Shown in pieces: positions 1 through 7,775 of a stretch of 38,885 bases of DNA (position 1 is the stretch's first letter; the number at the start of each line of letters is the position of its first letter). Below the pieces are notes generated by a model, which had not been told where the DNA came from, ran no database searches, and saw only the letters and a program-made list of their open reading frames with translations. The translations under genes were made by a program, and so were the position numbers. The DNA comes from Sandaracinaceae bacterium (GTDB lineage Bacteria > Myxococcota_A > Polyangia > Polyangiales > Sandaracinaceae), in contig JBGAQA010000062.1 in NCBI GenBank assembly GCA_044220955.1, forward strand, positions 1-38,885. The letters run 5' to 3'.

Positions 1-15
1 ACACGGGCATCATCG

Positions 16-3000
16 TCATCCCGGAGGACACGGGCCCGGGCCCGGGCCGCGACGGCCCCGGTCAGCGGGGCCGATCCGGCCCACCTCGGCCCGCGCCGCG
101 GCGCCGAGCGCGACCGGTACATCGAGGCCGCGGCGGCGGCCGAGATCGATCGCCTCCTGCGCACGGGTCGAGGCCTCGGCGTCGAGACCCGCGCGCAGCG
201 CGGCGAGCGCCGCGCGGATCGAGACGTCGGCGAGCTCCACCTCCAGGATCGCCGGGCTCGCCACCTCGAGGGCCTCGCGGTAGCGCGCGCTCGCGCCCCG
301 CGCGTCGCCGACCGCGTCGCGCACGTGCCCCATGGCCGCGAGCGAGACGAAGCGAAGCTCGGGGTGCGCCGAGCGCGCGGCGAGCGCCAGGACGTGCCCC
401 AGCGCGTGCTCCGCCTCCTCGAAGCGCTCGATGCGCGCGAGCGCGTCGGCGAGGTGCGCCTGCGCGCGCCCTTCGACGACCGCGTCGGCTGCGCGCGACG
501 CCGACGCGACCGCACGCTTCAGTGCGGCGACGGCCGGCTGGACCTCACCGAGGGCGAGCCTGGCCCGGCCCTCCAGCACGCCGAGCCGCGCTCGATCGAG
601 CGGATCGAGGTCGCTCGAGCCCTCACGCTCGGCGATGGCGATGACGTCGGCGTCCGCGCCCCGGGCCAGAGCGAGCAGCGCCTCGGCGTTGGCGAGACCT
701 CCGCGGACGGCCGAGGTCGCGCGAGCCCCGGTGGCGGAGCGCGCGCTCGCGAGCACGCGCTCGGCGACGCGATCGGCGCCGCACTGGATCGCGAGCGGGA
801 CGGCGCGCAGCGCGAGCGCCGCGATCCGCTCGCCCGTCGGGTCGTCGCCGTCGCTCGCGAGGATGTCGATCGCCTCCAGCAGGCGCTGCGCGGCGGCCTC
901 GGGCGCGGCGCGGCTCTCCGCCACGTCGGCGGCGAGCACGAGGTAGTCCGGCGCGCGCCGCCGATCGGTCGAGCGCGCGGCGTGGTACGCGAGCCACTCG
1001 GTCGTGCGCGGCTCGCGCTCGGCGCGCTCGAGCACGTTCGCGATCTTGGTGTGGAGGCGCTCGCGATCGCTGCGCTCCAGCGACTCCAGGATCGCGCGGC
1101 GCGTCAGCGTGCCCGGGACCACGACCTCGGCCGGGACGGCCGAGGGCTGATCGCCGCCCCACGCCCCCGCCGGCTCCGCGCTGGGATCCTCGACGCTCGC
1201 CGTCGGGCCGGCGGGCGCGACCCCGGCTGGAGGGGTCGAGCGCGGGACGTCCGGCGTGGCCTGCGCCTTCGCCGTGGCCGCGCGAGGTGCCAGCAGCGCG
1301 CGCACGAAGAGGCGACGGAACGCGCTCGCTCCCGCGTCCGCGACCAGCCCTTCGCAGCTGGCGACGAGCGCAGACGGAACGGGCCCGTCGAACGCGGCCG
1401 CCGCGAGGAGCAGCGAGCGGTCGAGCGGGCGCAGCTGCGCCAGACGCGCGGCCACGAGCCGCGCGGTCAGCTTCGGGATCGGCGAGGGCTCGAGCGCGCC
1501 TCGCGGCGACGCCGTGCCGCCGTCCACGGAGACGCGTCGCGCCGCCGAGAGCTCGGCTGCCACGAGCTCGATCGCCAGCGGATTGCCGGCCGTCTCCGCG
1601 TGGACGTGGGCGGTGAGCGGGCCGTCCACGCTGCGTGCCCCGAGCGCATGCGCGAGCAGCCGCCCCGTCGCCTCCTTGCCGAGCGGCGCGATGCGCATCG
1701 TGGTGCCGCCCAGCGTGTGTGCCGTGGTCCCCGAGCGTCGCGTGGTGACGAGCAGCACGCGGGGCCGCGAGAGGCCGCGCAGCATGATGGGCAGCACCTG
1801 GCGGGAGGCGTCGTCCAGCCAGTGCAGGTCCTCGATCGCGAGGAGCAGCGGCGCGTCCTGCGCGAGCATGCCGAGCGCCCGCCGGATCGCCACCGCCAGC
1901 TCCACGCCACGGGGCCGGCCCGCTCGCTCGCCGCTCGACACCGGATACGCAAGCCCGAGCAGCTCTCCGAGCAGGCGCACCTCGCGCGGCTTGAGGTTCA
2001 GGACCCGTAGGCGCTCCACCTTCGCGTGGCGCGCGGCGGGCGCGTCCTCCGGCTCGACGCCGCAGAGATCGGACACGAGCTCGGTCAGCACGTGGTGGCT
2101 GCTCTCCGTCGCGCTCTCGTCGCCGCGCGTCGACAGGATCGTGAACCCTCGCGCGCGCGCGAGGGCGCGCAGCTCGCCGATCAGCCGCGACTTGCCGCTG
2201 CCCGGCTCGCCGACGATCGCGACCGACTCGAACGCCCCCGCGCGCACGCGGTCGAGCGCCTCGGTCAGCGCGCGCGTCTCCTCGCGCCGCCCGACGAGCG
2301 GCGCACGGCGCAGCGCCTCGCCGTCGCGCTCGGCGCGCTGTCGGAAGCCGCGGATCTCCGTGCGCTCGTCCGAGAGCCGGAACGTCGGCTCGAGGTCGGA
2401 CGCAGCGCCCGGCTCGAGGCGGATCGCTCCGCTGCCGGCTGCCGCGAGCAGCGCGCGGGCGGCTTCGAGCAAGGAGTCGTCGGGCTCGAGCAGGACCCCT
2501 TCCGTGATCTTGCCTTCACCCTCGAGCACCGCCGCCGACGGCGATGGATCGGCGCGCCCCTCGTTCAGCTCGGCCGTCAGCCGCCGCAGCTCGAGGGCCG
2601 CGCGCGCCGCGTGGGCCACGGCGCGCTCGATGCCGGCGCCGTGCCCGAAGATGGCGACGCGCATTCCTTGGAGCGGACCGAAGACGGTGCCGCCGCCCAC
2701 CTCGCATGCCTGGGCGAAGGCGACGTCCTCGGTCTCGCGCTCGACCGCGACGAGCAGGGCCACGCGGCGCCGCTCCACGCGCATCCGGCGCGACACCGGG
2801 ATCGCGGCCGTGCGATCGACGTCGGCCGACGCGTGCTCGCTCGCGGCGAGCAGGGCGCCCGCCTGGCTCACGGCCTGCGCGTCGTCGAACGCGCGCCGCA
2901 TCACGTCGACGCGGAGCTTGTTGGGCGCGAGGGCGTCCTCGGGCGGGAACATGCGGTCCATCGCCTCGGAGAGCTCGGCCTGCCCGACGGGCTCGCCCCT

Positions 3001-3867
3001 GCGGAAGAGGTACTGGGTCACCTCCGTCGCGAGCTCGCCGCACCACGCGAAGCGCTCGTCGCGCGCCGCCGCGAGCGCGCGCACGAGCATGCGCGAGATC
3101 TCCGGGGCGACCGCGAGCGAGGCCGCGTCGAGCTCGGGCATCTTGGCCTCGCGCACCAGCGCGAGCGTCTCCTGGGACGTGCGCCCGCGGAACATCCGGC
3201 GCCCCGACACGAGCTCGTAGAGCACGACGCCGAGCGAGAAGAGGTCGCTCCGCCGGTCCAGGGGCTCCCCGCGCGCTTGCTCGGGCGACATGTACGCGTA
3301 CTTGCCGCGCAGCACGCGGGGATCCTCGCCCCGGCCGAGCCCGCTCTCGTCCGCGCGCGCGATGCCGAAGTCGGCGAGCTTCACGTCGCCCTCGTAGCCG
3401 AGCAGGATGTTCTGCGGCGAGACGTCGCGGTGCACGATCTGCATCGGGCGCCCGTCGTCGCCGCGCCGCCGGTGCGCGTGATCGAGCGCCTTGGCGACCT
3501 CGCCGACGATCCAGAGCCGCAAGGGGAGCGAGAGCCCTTCGGCGCTCCCGCCGCGCCACGCCATCGCCTGGCCGAGATCCTTGCCGTGCACGTACTCCAT
3601 GGCGATGAAGTACGAGCCGTTCTCCTCGCCGAGCTCGTAGATCTGGACGATGCCCGGGTGCGAGAGCCGCGCGGAGATCTTGGCCTCGCGCACCAGCAGC
3701 TCGGCGAAACCGGCCTTCGTCATCAGCGTCGGCAGGACGCGCTTGATGACGACGGTCTTCTCGAACCCGGCGGCACCGCGCGCGCGGGCGCGCCACACCT
3801 CCGCCATCCCGCCTTCGGTGATCCGATCGAGCAGCTCGTAATTGCCGAGGACGACCGGTCCGGGCAC
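16..3867 (-). CDS. Ser/Thr protein kinase fused to a degenerate nucleotide-cyclase-like domain, STAND/AAA_16 ATPase and helical (TPR-like) repeats
   Basis: Hanks kinase motifs VIKR, HRDVSPQNIL, DFG, YMSPE; Walker A GEPGSGKS and Walker B LLLAIEDLHWLD; Ala-rich helical C-terminus. The extreme C-terminus near the window edge is doubtful. Confidence 0.9.
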   Translation of the reverse strand: MPGPVVLGNYELLDRITEGGMAEVWRARARGAAGFEKTVVIKRVLPTLMTKAGFAELLVREAKISARLSHPGIVQIYELGEENGSYFIAMEYVHGKDLGQAMAWRGGSAEGLSLPLRLWIVGEVAKALDHAHRRRGDDGRPMQIVHRDVSPQNILLGYEGDVKLADFGIARADESGLGRGEDPRVLRGKYAYMSPEQARGEPLDRRSDLFSLGVVLYELVSGRRMFRGRTSQETLALVREAKMPELDAASLAVAPEISRMLVRALAAARDERFAWCGELATEVTQYLFRRGEPVGQAELSEAMDRMFPPEDALAPNKLRVDVMRRAFDDAQAVSQAGALLAASEHASADVDRTAAIPVSRRMRVERRRVALLVAVERETEDVAFAQACEVGGGTVFGPLQGMRVAIFGHGAGIERAVAHAARAALELRRLTAELNEGRADPSPSAAVLEGEGKITEGVLLEPDDSLLEAARALLAAAGSGAIRLEPGAASDLEPTFRLSDERTEIRGFRQRAERDGEALRRAPLVGRREETRALTEALDRVRAGAFESVAIVGEPGSGKSRLIGELRALARARGFTILSTRGDESATESSHHVLTELVSDLCGVEPEDAPAARHAKVERLRVLNLKPREVRLLGELLGLAYPVSSGERAGRPRGVELAVAIRRALGMLAQDAPLLLAIEDLHWLDDASRQVLPIMLRGLSRPRVLLVTTRRSGTTAHTLGGTTMRIAPLGKEATGRLLAHALGARSVDGPLTAHVHAETAGNPLAIELVAAELSAARRVSVDGGTASPRGALEPSPIPKLTARLVAARLAQLRPLDRSLLLAAAAFDGPVPSALVASCEGLVADAGASAFRRLFVRALLAPRAATAKAQATPDVPRSTPPAGVAPAGPTASVEDPSAEPAGAWGGDQPSAVPAEVVVPGTLTRRAILESLERSDRERLHTKIANVLERAEREPRTTEWLAYHAARSTDRRRAPDYLVLAADVAESRAAPEAAAQRLLEAIDILASDGDDPTGERIAALALRAVPLAIQCGADRVAERVLASARSATGARATSAVRGGLANAEALLALARGADADVIAIAEREGSSDLDPLDRARLGVLEGRARLALGEVQPAVAALKRAVASASRAADAVVEGRAQAHLADALARIERFEEAEHALGHVLALAARSAHPELRFVSLAAMGHVRDAVGDARGASARYREALEVASPAILEVELADVSIRAALAALRAGLDAEASTRAQEAIDLGRRRGLDVPVALGAAARAEVGRIGPADRGRRGPGPGPCPPG

Positions 3868-3880
3868 GGGCCGGACGGTA

Positions 3881-4750
3881 TCACTTCATCAGCGCGGCGA
3901 GCAGGCGATCTAGCTCGTCGAGGCTCGCGTAGCGGATCTCGATGCGGCCCTTGCCGTCGTGGTCGTCGATCGCGACCGGCGAGCCGAGGCGCTTGGCGAG
4001 GCGGCTCTCGAGATCGCGGACGTTGGCCGACTTGGGCTTGCCGGTCTTGGCCGCCTTCTTGGGCGAGGCGCTCGCGCGCGCCTGCCGCTCGGTCTCGCGC
4101 ACGCTCCAGCCCTGCGCCGCGGCGGCCTTGGCGAGCTCGACCATGCGGGCCGGGCTCTCGGCCGTGAGGATCGCGCGGCCGTGGCCCTCGCTCAGCTCGC
4201 CGTTCTCGATGCGATCGAGGATCTCCTTCGGCAGCTTGAGCAGGCGCATCGCGTTGGAGATCGTCGAGCGGTCCTTGCCGACGCGCTGCGCGATCTTCTC
4301 GAGGCTCTGCTTCTGCTCGTCGACGAGGCGCGAGAAGGCGCGCGCGGTCTCGACCGGGTTGAGGTCCTCGCGCTGCAGGTTCTCGATGATCGCCGCCTCG
4401 AAGGCCGCCGCGCTCGAGAGCTCGCGGACGAAGATGGGCACCTCGTGCAGGCCCGCGCGCTGTGCCGCTCGCCAGCGCCGCTCGCCCGCGATGATCTCGT
4501 ATCCGCCCTGCTGGCGCTTGCGGACGAGGATGGGCTCGAGCACGCCCACCGACTTGATCGACGCCGCCAGCTCCTCGAGCTTCGCGTCGTCGAAGCGCGT
4601 GCGCGGCTGCGCACGGCTCGGGTGCACTTCCTCGACGGGCGCCGTGGTCTCGGCCCGCGACGCGGCCGGGGCGCTGGGCTTGCTCCCGGGCGCGGTGAAC
4701 AGGCCGCTCACGCCGCCGCCGAGGCGCGACTTGGGTTTCTCGGTGCTCAC
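3881..4750 (-). CDS. parB: Chromosome partitioning protein ParB/Spo0J (289 aa)
   Basis: QPR, IIAGERRWRAA arginine patch, IIENLQREDLNPVE, HTH GKDRSTISNAMRLLKLP, C-terminal dimerisation region. The GTG start overlaps the parA stop (GTGA). Confidence 0.95.
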   Translation of the reverse strand: MSTEKPKSRLGGGVSGLFTAPGSKPSAPAASRAETTAPVEEVHPSRAQPRTRFDDAKLEELAASIKSVGVLEPILVRKRQQGGYEIIAGERRWRAAQRAGLHEVPIFVRELSSAAAFEAAIIENLQREDLNPVETARAFSRLVDEQKQSLEKIAQRVGKDRSTISNAMRLLKLPKEILDRIENGELSEGHGRAILTAESPARMVELAKAAAAQGWSVRETERQARASASPKKAAKTGKPKSANVRDLESRLAKRLGSPVAIDDHDGKGRIEIRYASLDELDRLLAALMK

Positions 4751-5505
4751 GCCGCTGCTCCGAGGAGCTCGCGCGCGAGCGAGATGTAGCCGGCCGAGCC
4801 GCGGCTCCCGGCGTCGTAGAGGATCACGGGCTTGCCGTGCGAGGGCGCCTCGGCGAGCCGCACGTTGCGCGGGATGACGGTCTCGTACACGTGGAAGTGC
4901 TTGCGCACCTCGTCGGCGACCTCTCGCGCGAGGTTGCTCCGCGGATCCCACATCGTGAGCAGCACGCCGGCGACGCGGAGGTTCTCGTTCAGACCCTCCT
5001 GGATGCGAGTGATCGTGTCGGAGAGGCGCGAGAGGCCCTCGAGCGCGTAGTACTCGCACTGTAGCGGCACGAGCACGGCGTCGGCCGCGACGAGCGCGTT
5101 GATCGTCAAGAGGCCGAGCGTCGGCGGACAGTCGACGATGACGTAGTCGTAGTCGTCTCGCGCCGCGTCGATCGCGCGCTTGAGGCGCAGCGCGCGGTCC
5201 TCGGCGTCGGCGAGCTCCGTCTCGGCAGCGGCGAGATCGGCGCTGGCAGGCGCGAGGAAGAGGTTCGGAAGCTCGGTCGGCACGACGATGTCCGCGATGG
5301 ACGCCTCGCCGCCGAGCACGTCGTACGTGCTGCGGCTCACCTGTCCGACGTCGACGCCCACGCCGCGCGAGGCGTGGCCCTGCGCGTCGGCGTCGAGGAG
5401 CAGCACCTTCTGCTCGGCGACCGCGAGCGATGCGGCGAGGTTGACGGCGGTCGTCGTCTTGCCGACGCCGCCCTTCTGGTTCGCGATCGCGAGCACCTGC
5501 GCCAT
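4747..5505 (-). CDS. parA: Chromosome partitioning ATPase ParA/Soj
   Basis: NQKGGVGKTTT deviant Walker A, DCPP, PLQCEYYALEG, IPRNVRLAEAPSHG; coupled to parB. Confidence 0.95.
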   Translation of the reverse strand: MAQVLAIANQKGGVGKTTTAVNLAASLAVAEQKVLLLDADAQGHASRGVGVDVGQVSRSTYDVLGGEASIADIVVPTELPNLFLAPASADLAAAETELADAEDRALRLKRAIDAARDDYDYVIVDCPPTLGLLTINALVAADAVLVPLQCEYYALEGLSRLSDTITRIQEGLNENLRVAGVLLTMWDPRSNLAREVADEVRKHFHVYETVIPRNVRLAEAPSHGKPVILYDAGSRGSAGYISLARELLGAAA

Positions 5506-5516
5506 GGGGGACGCGC

Positions 5517-5545
5517 GATGTACCAGCCTCGCGCGAGCGCTTCAA
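5517..5545 (-). promoter_or_regulatory. Candidate sigma70-type promoter of parAB
   Basis: TTGAAG-N17-TACATC with extended TG, just upstream of the parA ATG. Confidence 0.35.
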
Positions 5546-5688
5546 TGCGCCTTCGCGCGTGCGGATCTGCGCTGCTTATTTGGTGATCGATCCTCTCACT
5601 GCTACAAGGTACTCAGATGTAGGACAACGTAGGCAGTCAGACGACACTGACTGACCAGGGGTCCTCTTTTGCGCTTAGGAGGTCGAGC

Positions 5689-5865
5689 ATGCGTGACGGA
5701 CCGAAGTGGTACGGGTCGATCGAGGAGTTCGAGCGCGAGGAGATCCGCGGCGACATGAAGATCGGCTTCTCGCTCGACGACCTCTACGTCGAGGCGACCC
5801 CCGAGCGCCGCCGCGACGACTCGACCGCCGAAGACGAGACGGACGACCTCGACTTCGAGGAGTGA
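5689..5865 (+). CDS. Small acidic protein, 58 aa (MRDGPKWYGSIEEFEREEIRGDMKIGFSLDDLYVEATPERRRDDSTAEDETDDLDFEE); absent from the ORF track
   Basis: AGGAGG Shine-Dalgarno just upstream of ATG 5689; nearly all third positions G/C; stop TGA 5863-5865. Confidence 0.8.
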   Translation: MRDGPKWYGSIEEFEREEIRGDMKIGFSLDDLYVEATPERRRDDSTAEDETDDLDFEE

Positions 5866-5875
5866 GCGAGCGTCA

Positions 5876-6000
5876 GTAGGAACAACGCGCCGCCGTCCAC
5901 CTCCCACGGGCGGCGTCGCCACGCAGGAATGTCGATCGCCCTCGACACCCTGCACTGCCCCGGACCTCGGCGGTCGCCCCCGCCGAGGTCTTTCTATTTC
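5876..6000 (+). ncRNA. Candidate structured sRNA or 3'UTR with three stem-loops and C-rich loops
   Basis: Hairpins at 5888-5915 (loop CCACCTCCC), 5923-5953 (loop TCGCCC) and 5963-5990 (loop TCGCCC) followed by a T tract. Confidence 0.45.
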
Positions 6001-6005
6001 TTCTT
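5963..6005 (+). terminator. Rho-independent terminator
   Basis: Perfect 11-bp stem GACCTCGGCGG/CCGCCGAGGTC followed by TTTCTATTTCTTCTT. Confidence 0.85.
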
Positions 6006-6125
6006 CCGGGATGCGCTTCGCGCGAGATCAAGAGGACCACGGAGAAGCGCGACCTCCTTCGGACGGGCTGCGGTTTCTTTGACGGGACGACGACGGGTCT
6101 GGCACTGCGGGTCGAGGAGACTGCC

Positions 6126-7298
6126 GTGGTCGATACACCCGTCTCGTGTTGTTCCGTCTGTGCGAAGTCGTTTCAGCCTCGGTTCCGCTATCAGGTGGCC
6201 GAGCGCGAGGGCGCGTTCCTCTACTTCTGCTCGCAGCGCTGCCAGCAGACGAGCCTCGGGGCCGAGCCGGTGGACGGCGGGACCGTGGGCGCGTCGGCGG
6301 CGCAGCGCGAGCAACACTGTGACGCGTGCGGGCGCGGCTTCGCGCTCGAGCACGCGTTCCAGGTCAGCGTCACCGATCGTGGCGCGAGCTACTTCTGCAC
6401 GATGGGCTGCCGGCAGGCGGCCCTCGCCGGTGCGCTCCGCGTGAGCGCCTCGGGGGCCAGGCGTGGGGCAGGCCCACGACGGATCGCGGTGTTCAACCAC
6501 AAGGGCGGGACCGGCAAGACGACGACGTCGGTCAACCTCGCTGCCGGACTCGCCGAGGCGGGGCAGCGCGTGCTCCTCGTCGACGCGGACGGACAAGGCA
6601 ACGTCGGTGCGAGCCTCGGGATCCGCGGCGAGCACGGGCTCTATCACGTGCTGGTGCACGGCACGCCGGTCGAGCGCGCGGCGGTGCCGGTGCGACACAA
6701 CCTCGACGTGCTCACCTCGAACGAGCTGCTGGCGGCGGCGGAGCTGCACCTCGCGCGCCTCCCGAACCGCGATCGCGTGCTGCGCGAGCGGCTCGGGGAT
6801 CGCGCGTCCGGCTACGACGTGGTCGTCATCGACTGCGCGCCGGCGCTCTCGCTGATGAACCAGAACGCCCTCGTGTACGCGGACTCCGTGCTCGTGCCGG
6901 TGTCGTGCGACTACCTGTCTCTGATCGGCGTCAAGCAGGTCCTGCGCACGCTCAAGAACGTGCGCGAGCACCTCAAGCACGACGTCGCGCTGCTCGGCGT
7001 GCTGCCGACCTTCTTCGACGTGCGCAACTCCATCGCGCGCAGCTGCATCGAGTCGCTCGAGGAGCACTTCGGCGAGCGCTGCCTGACGCCCATCCGAGTG
7101 AACACCAAGCTCCGCGAGGCGCCGAGCGTGCGGAAGACCATCTTCGAGCACGCGCCCGACAGCCACGGCGCCCTCGACTACCTCGGGCTCGTGAACCGCA
7201 TCCGCACGCTGCGCGGCGACCCGCGCGCGCTCGACCACGCGGCCGAGTTCTCCCCTTCCCGTCCCGGGCCCGCGATCGGGCTCGAGGCCAGCGCCTAG
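6126..7298 (+). CDS. ParA-family ATPase with two N-terminal TRASH/FCS-like Cys metal-binding motifs
   Basis: CSVC...YFCSQRC and CDAC...YFCTMGC, then NHKGGTGKTTT, DADGQGN, DCAP, IRVNTKLREAPS. GAGGAG SD before the GTG. Confidence 0.9.
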   Translation: MVDTPVSCCSVCAKSFQPRFRYQVAEREGAFLYFCSQRCQQTSLGAEPVDGGTVGASAAQREQHCDACGRGFALEHAFQVSVTDRGASYFCTMGCRQAALAGALRVSASGARRGAGPRRIAVFNHKGGTGKTTTSVNLAAGLAEAGQRVLLVDADGQGNVGASLGIRGEHGLYHVLVHGTPVERAAVPVRHNLDVLTSNELLAAAELHLARLPNRDRVLRERLGDRASGYDVVVIDCAPALSLMNQNALVYADSVLVPVSCDYLSLIGVKQVLRTLKNVREHLKHDVALLGVLPTFFDVRNSIARSCIESLEEHFGERCLTPIRVNTKLREAPSVRKTIFEHAPDSHGALDYLGLVNRIRTLRGDPRALDHAAEFSPSRPGPAIGLEASA

Positions 7299-7307
7299 GA
7301 GCCCGAG

Positions 7308-7628
7308 ATGAAGAACGCTGCCGAGACGATCCGCGCCGTCTTCACCGACGAAGAGGTTCTCGCCGAGACCTTCTATCGCGAGTCGGACGCCCCCAAGCCA
7401 CGCCTCGCGGCGCTGGACGCCGCGGGCAAGCGCCGCCGCGCCGCCAAGCCGAAGCCCGACCACTACGAGATCATCTGCATCTCGATCTACAACGAAGATC
7501 TCGCCCGCCTCGACGACAAGGTCGACGCCCTCAAGCGGAGCGGCCACCGCCGCATGACGCGCAGCGCCCTCATCCGCTACGCCCTCGACCGCCTCTCGGT
7601 CGCCGACGTCCCCAAGCCCCCCTTCTGA
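7308..7628 (+). CDS. Putative ribbon-helix-helix DNA-binding protein, ParA partner-like (106 aa)
   Basis: AGGAG SD, 9 nt after the ParA stop. C-terminal strand-helix-helix pattern YEIICISIY-NEDLARLDDKVDALK-RMTRSALIRYALDRL; basic linker KRRRAAKPKP. Confidence 0.7.
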   Translation: MKNAAETIRAVFTDEEVLAETFYRESDAPKPRLAALDAAGKRRRAAKPKPDHYEIICISIYNEDLARLDDKVDALKRSGHRRMTRSALIRYALDRLSVADVPKPPF

Positions 7629-7630
7629 GC

Positions 7631-7775
7631 GGGGTCACTCCACGGGGTCTCAAGTCATCGAAACGACTCGGTTCCTGCGGCAAGATGCGCTGTACACAAT
7701 TGCCAATTGTGTCTTGCGCACCTACCCGCAGGAACGCTTGCGTTCCGCGGGGTTGGATGGGTGTGGAGTGACCCC
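7631..7775. repeat. Palindromic intergenic element, copy 1 (145 bp; MITE/REP-like)
   Basis: Ends GGGGTCACTCCA...TGGAGTGACCCC; inner stems GTTCCTGCGG/CCGCAGGAAC, TGCGC/GCGCA and ACACAATTG-C-CAATTGTGT; homologous to 13971-14133. Confidence 0.85.

Noticed and set aside
4884..4897. parS-like half site CGTACACGTGGAAG inside parA
   Set aside because: Only 10/14 match and explained by coding sequence (FHVY).
3881..5545. 554-aa ParB with a long N-terminal extension
   Set aside because: The extension is an alternative frame of parA; the real start is GTG 4750.
5602..5955. 117-aa minus-strand ORF in the parA upstream region
   Set aside because: Antisense to the better-supported 58-aa plus-strand ORF, which has an SD and a terminator.
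6099..6116. Sigma54-like TGGCAC upstream of the second ParA
   Set aside because: The -12 TTGC element is missing at the required spacing.
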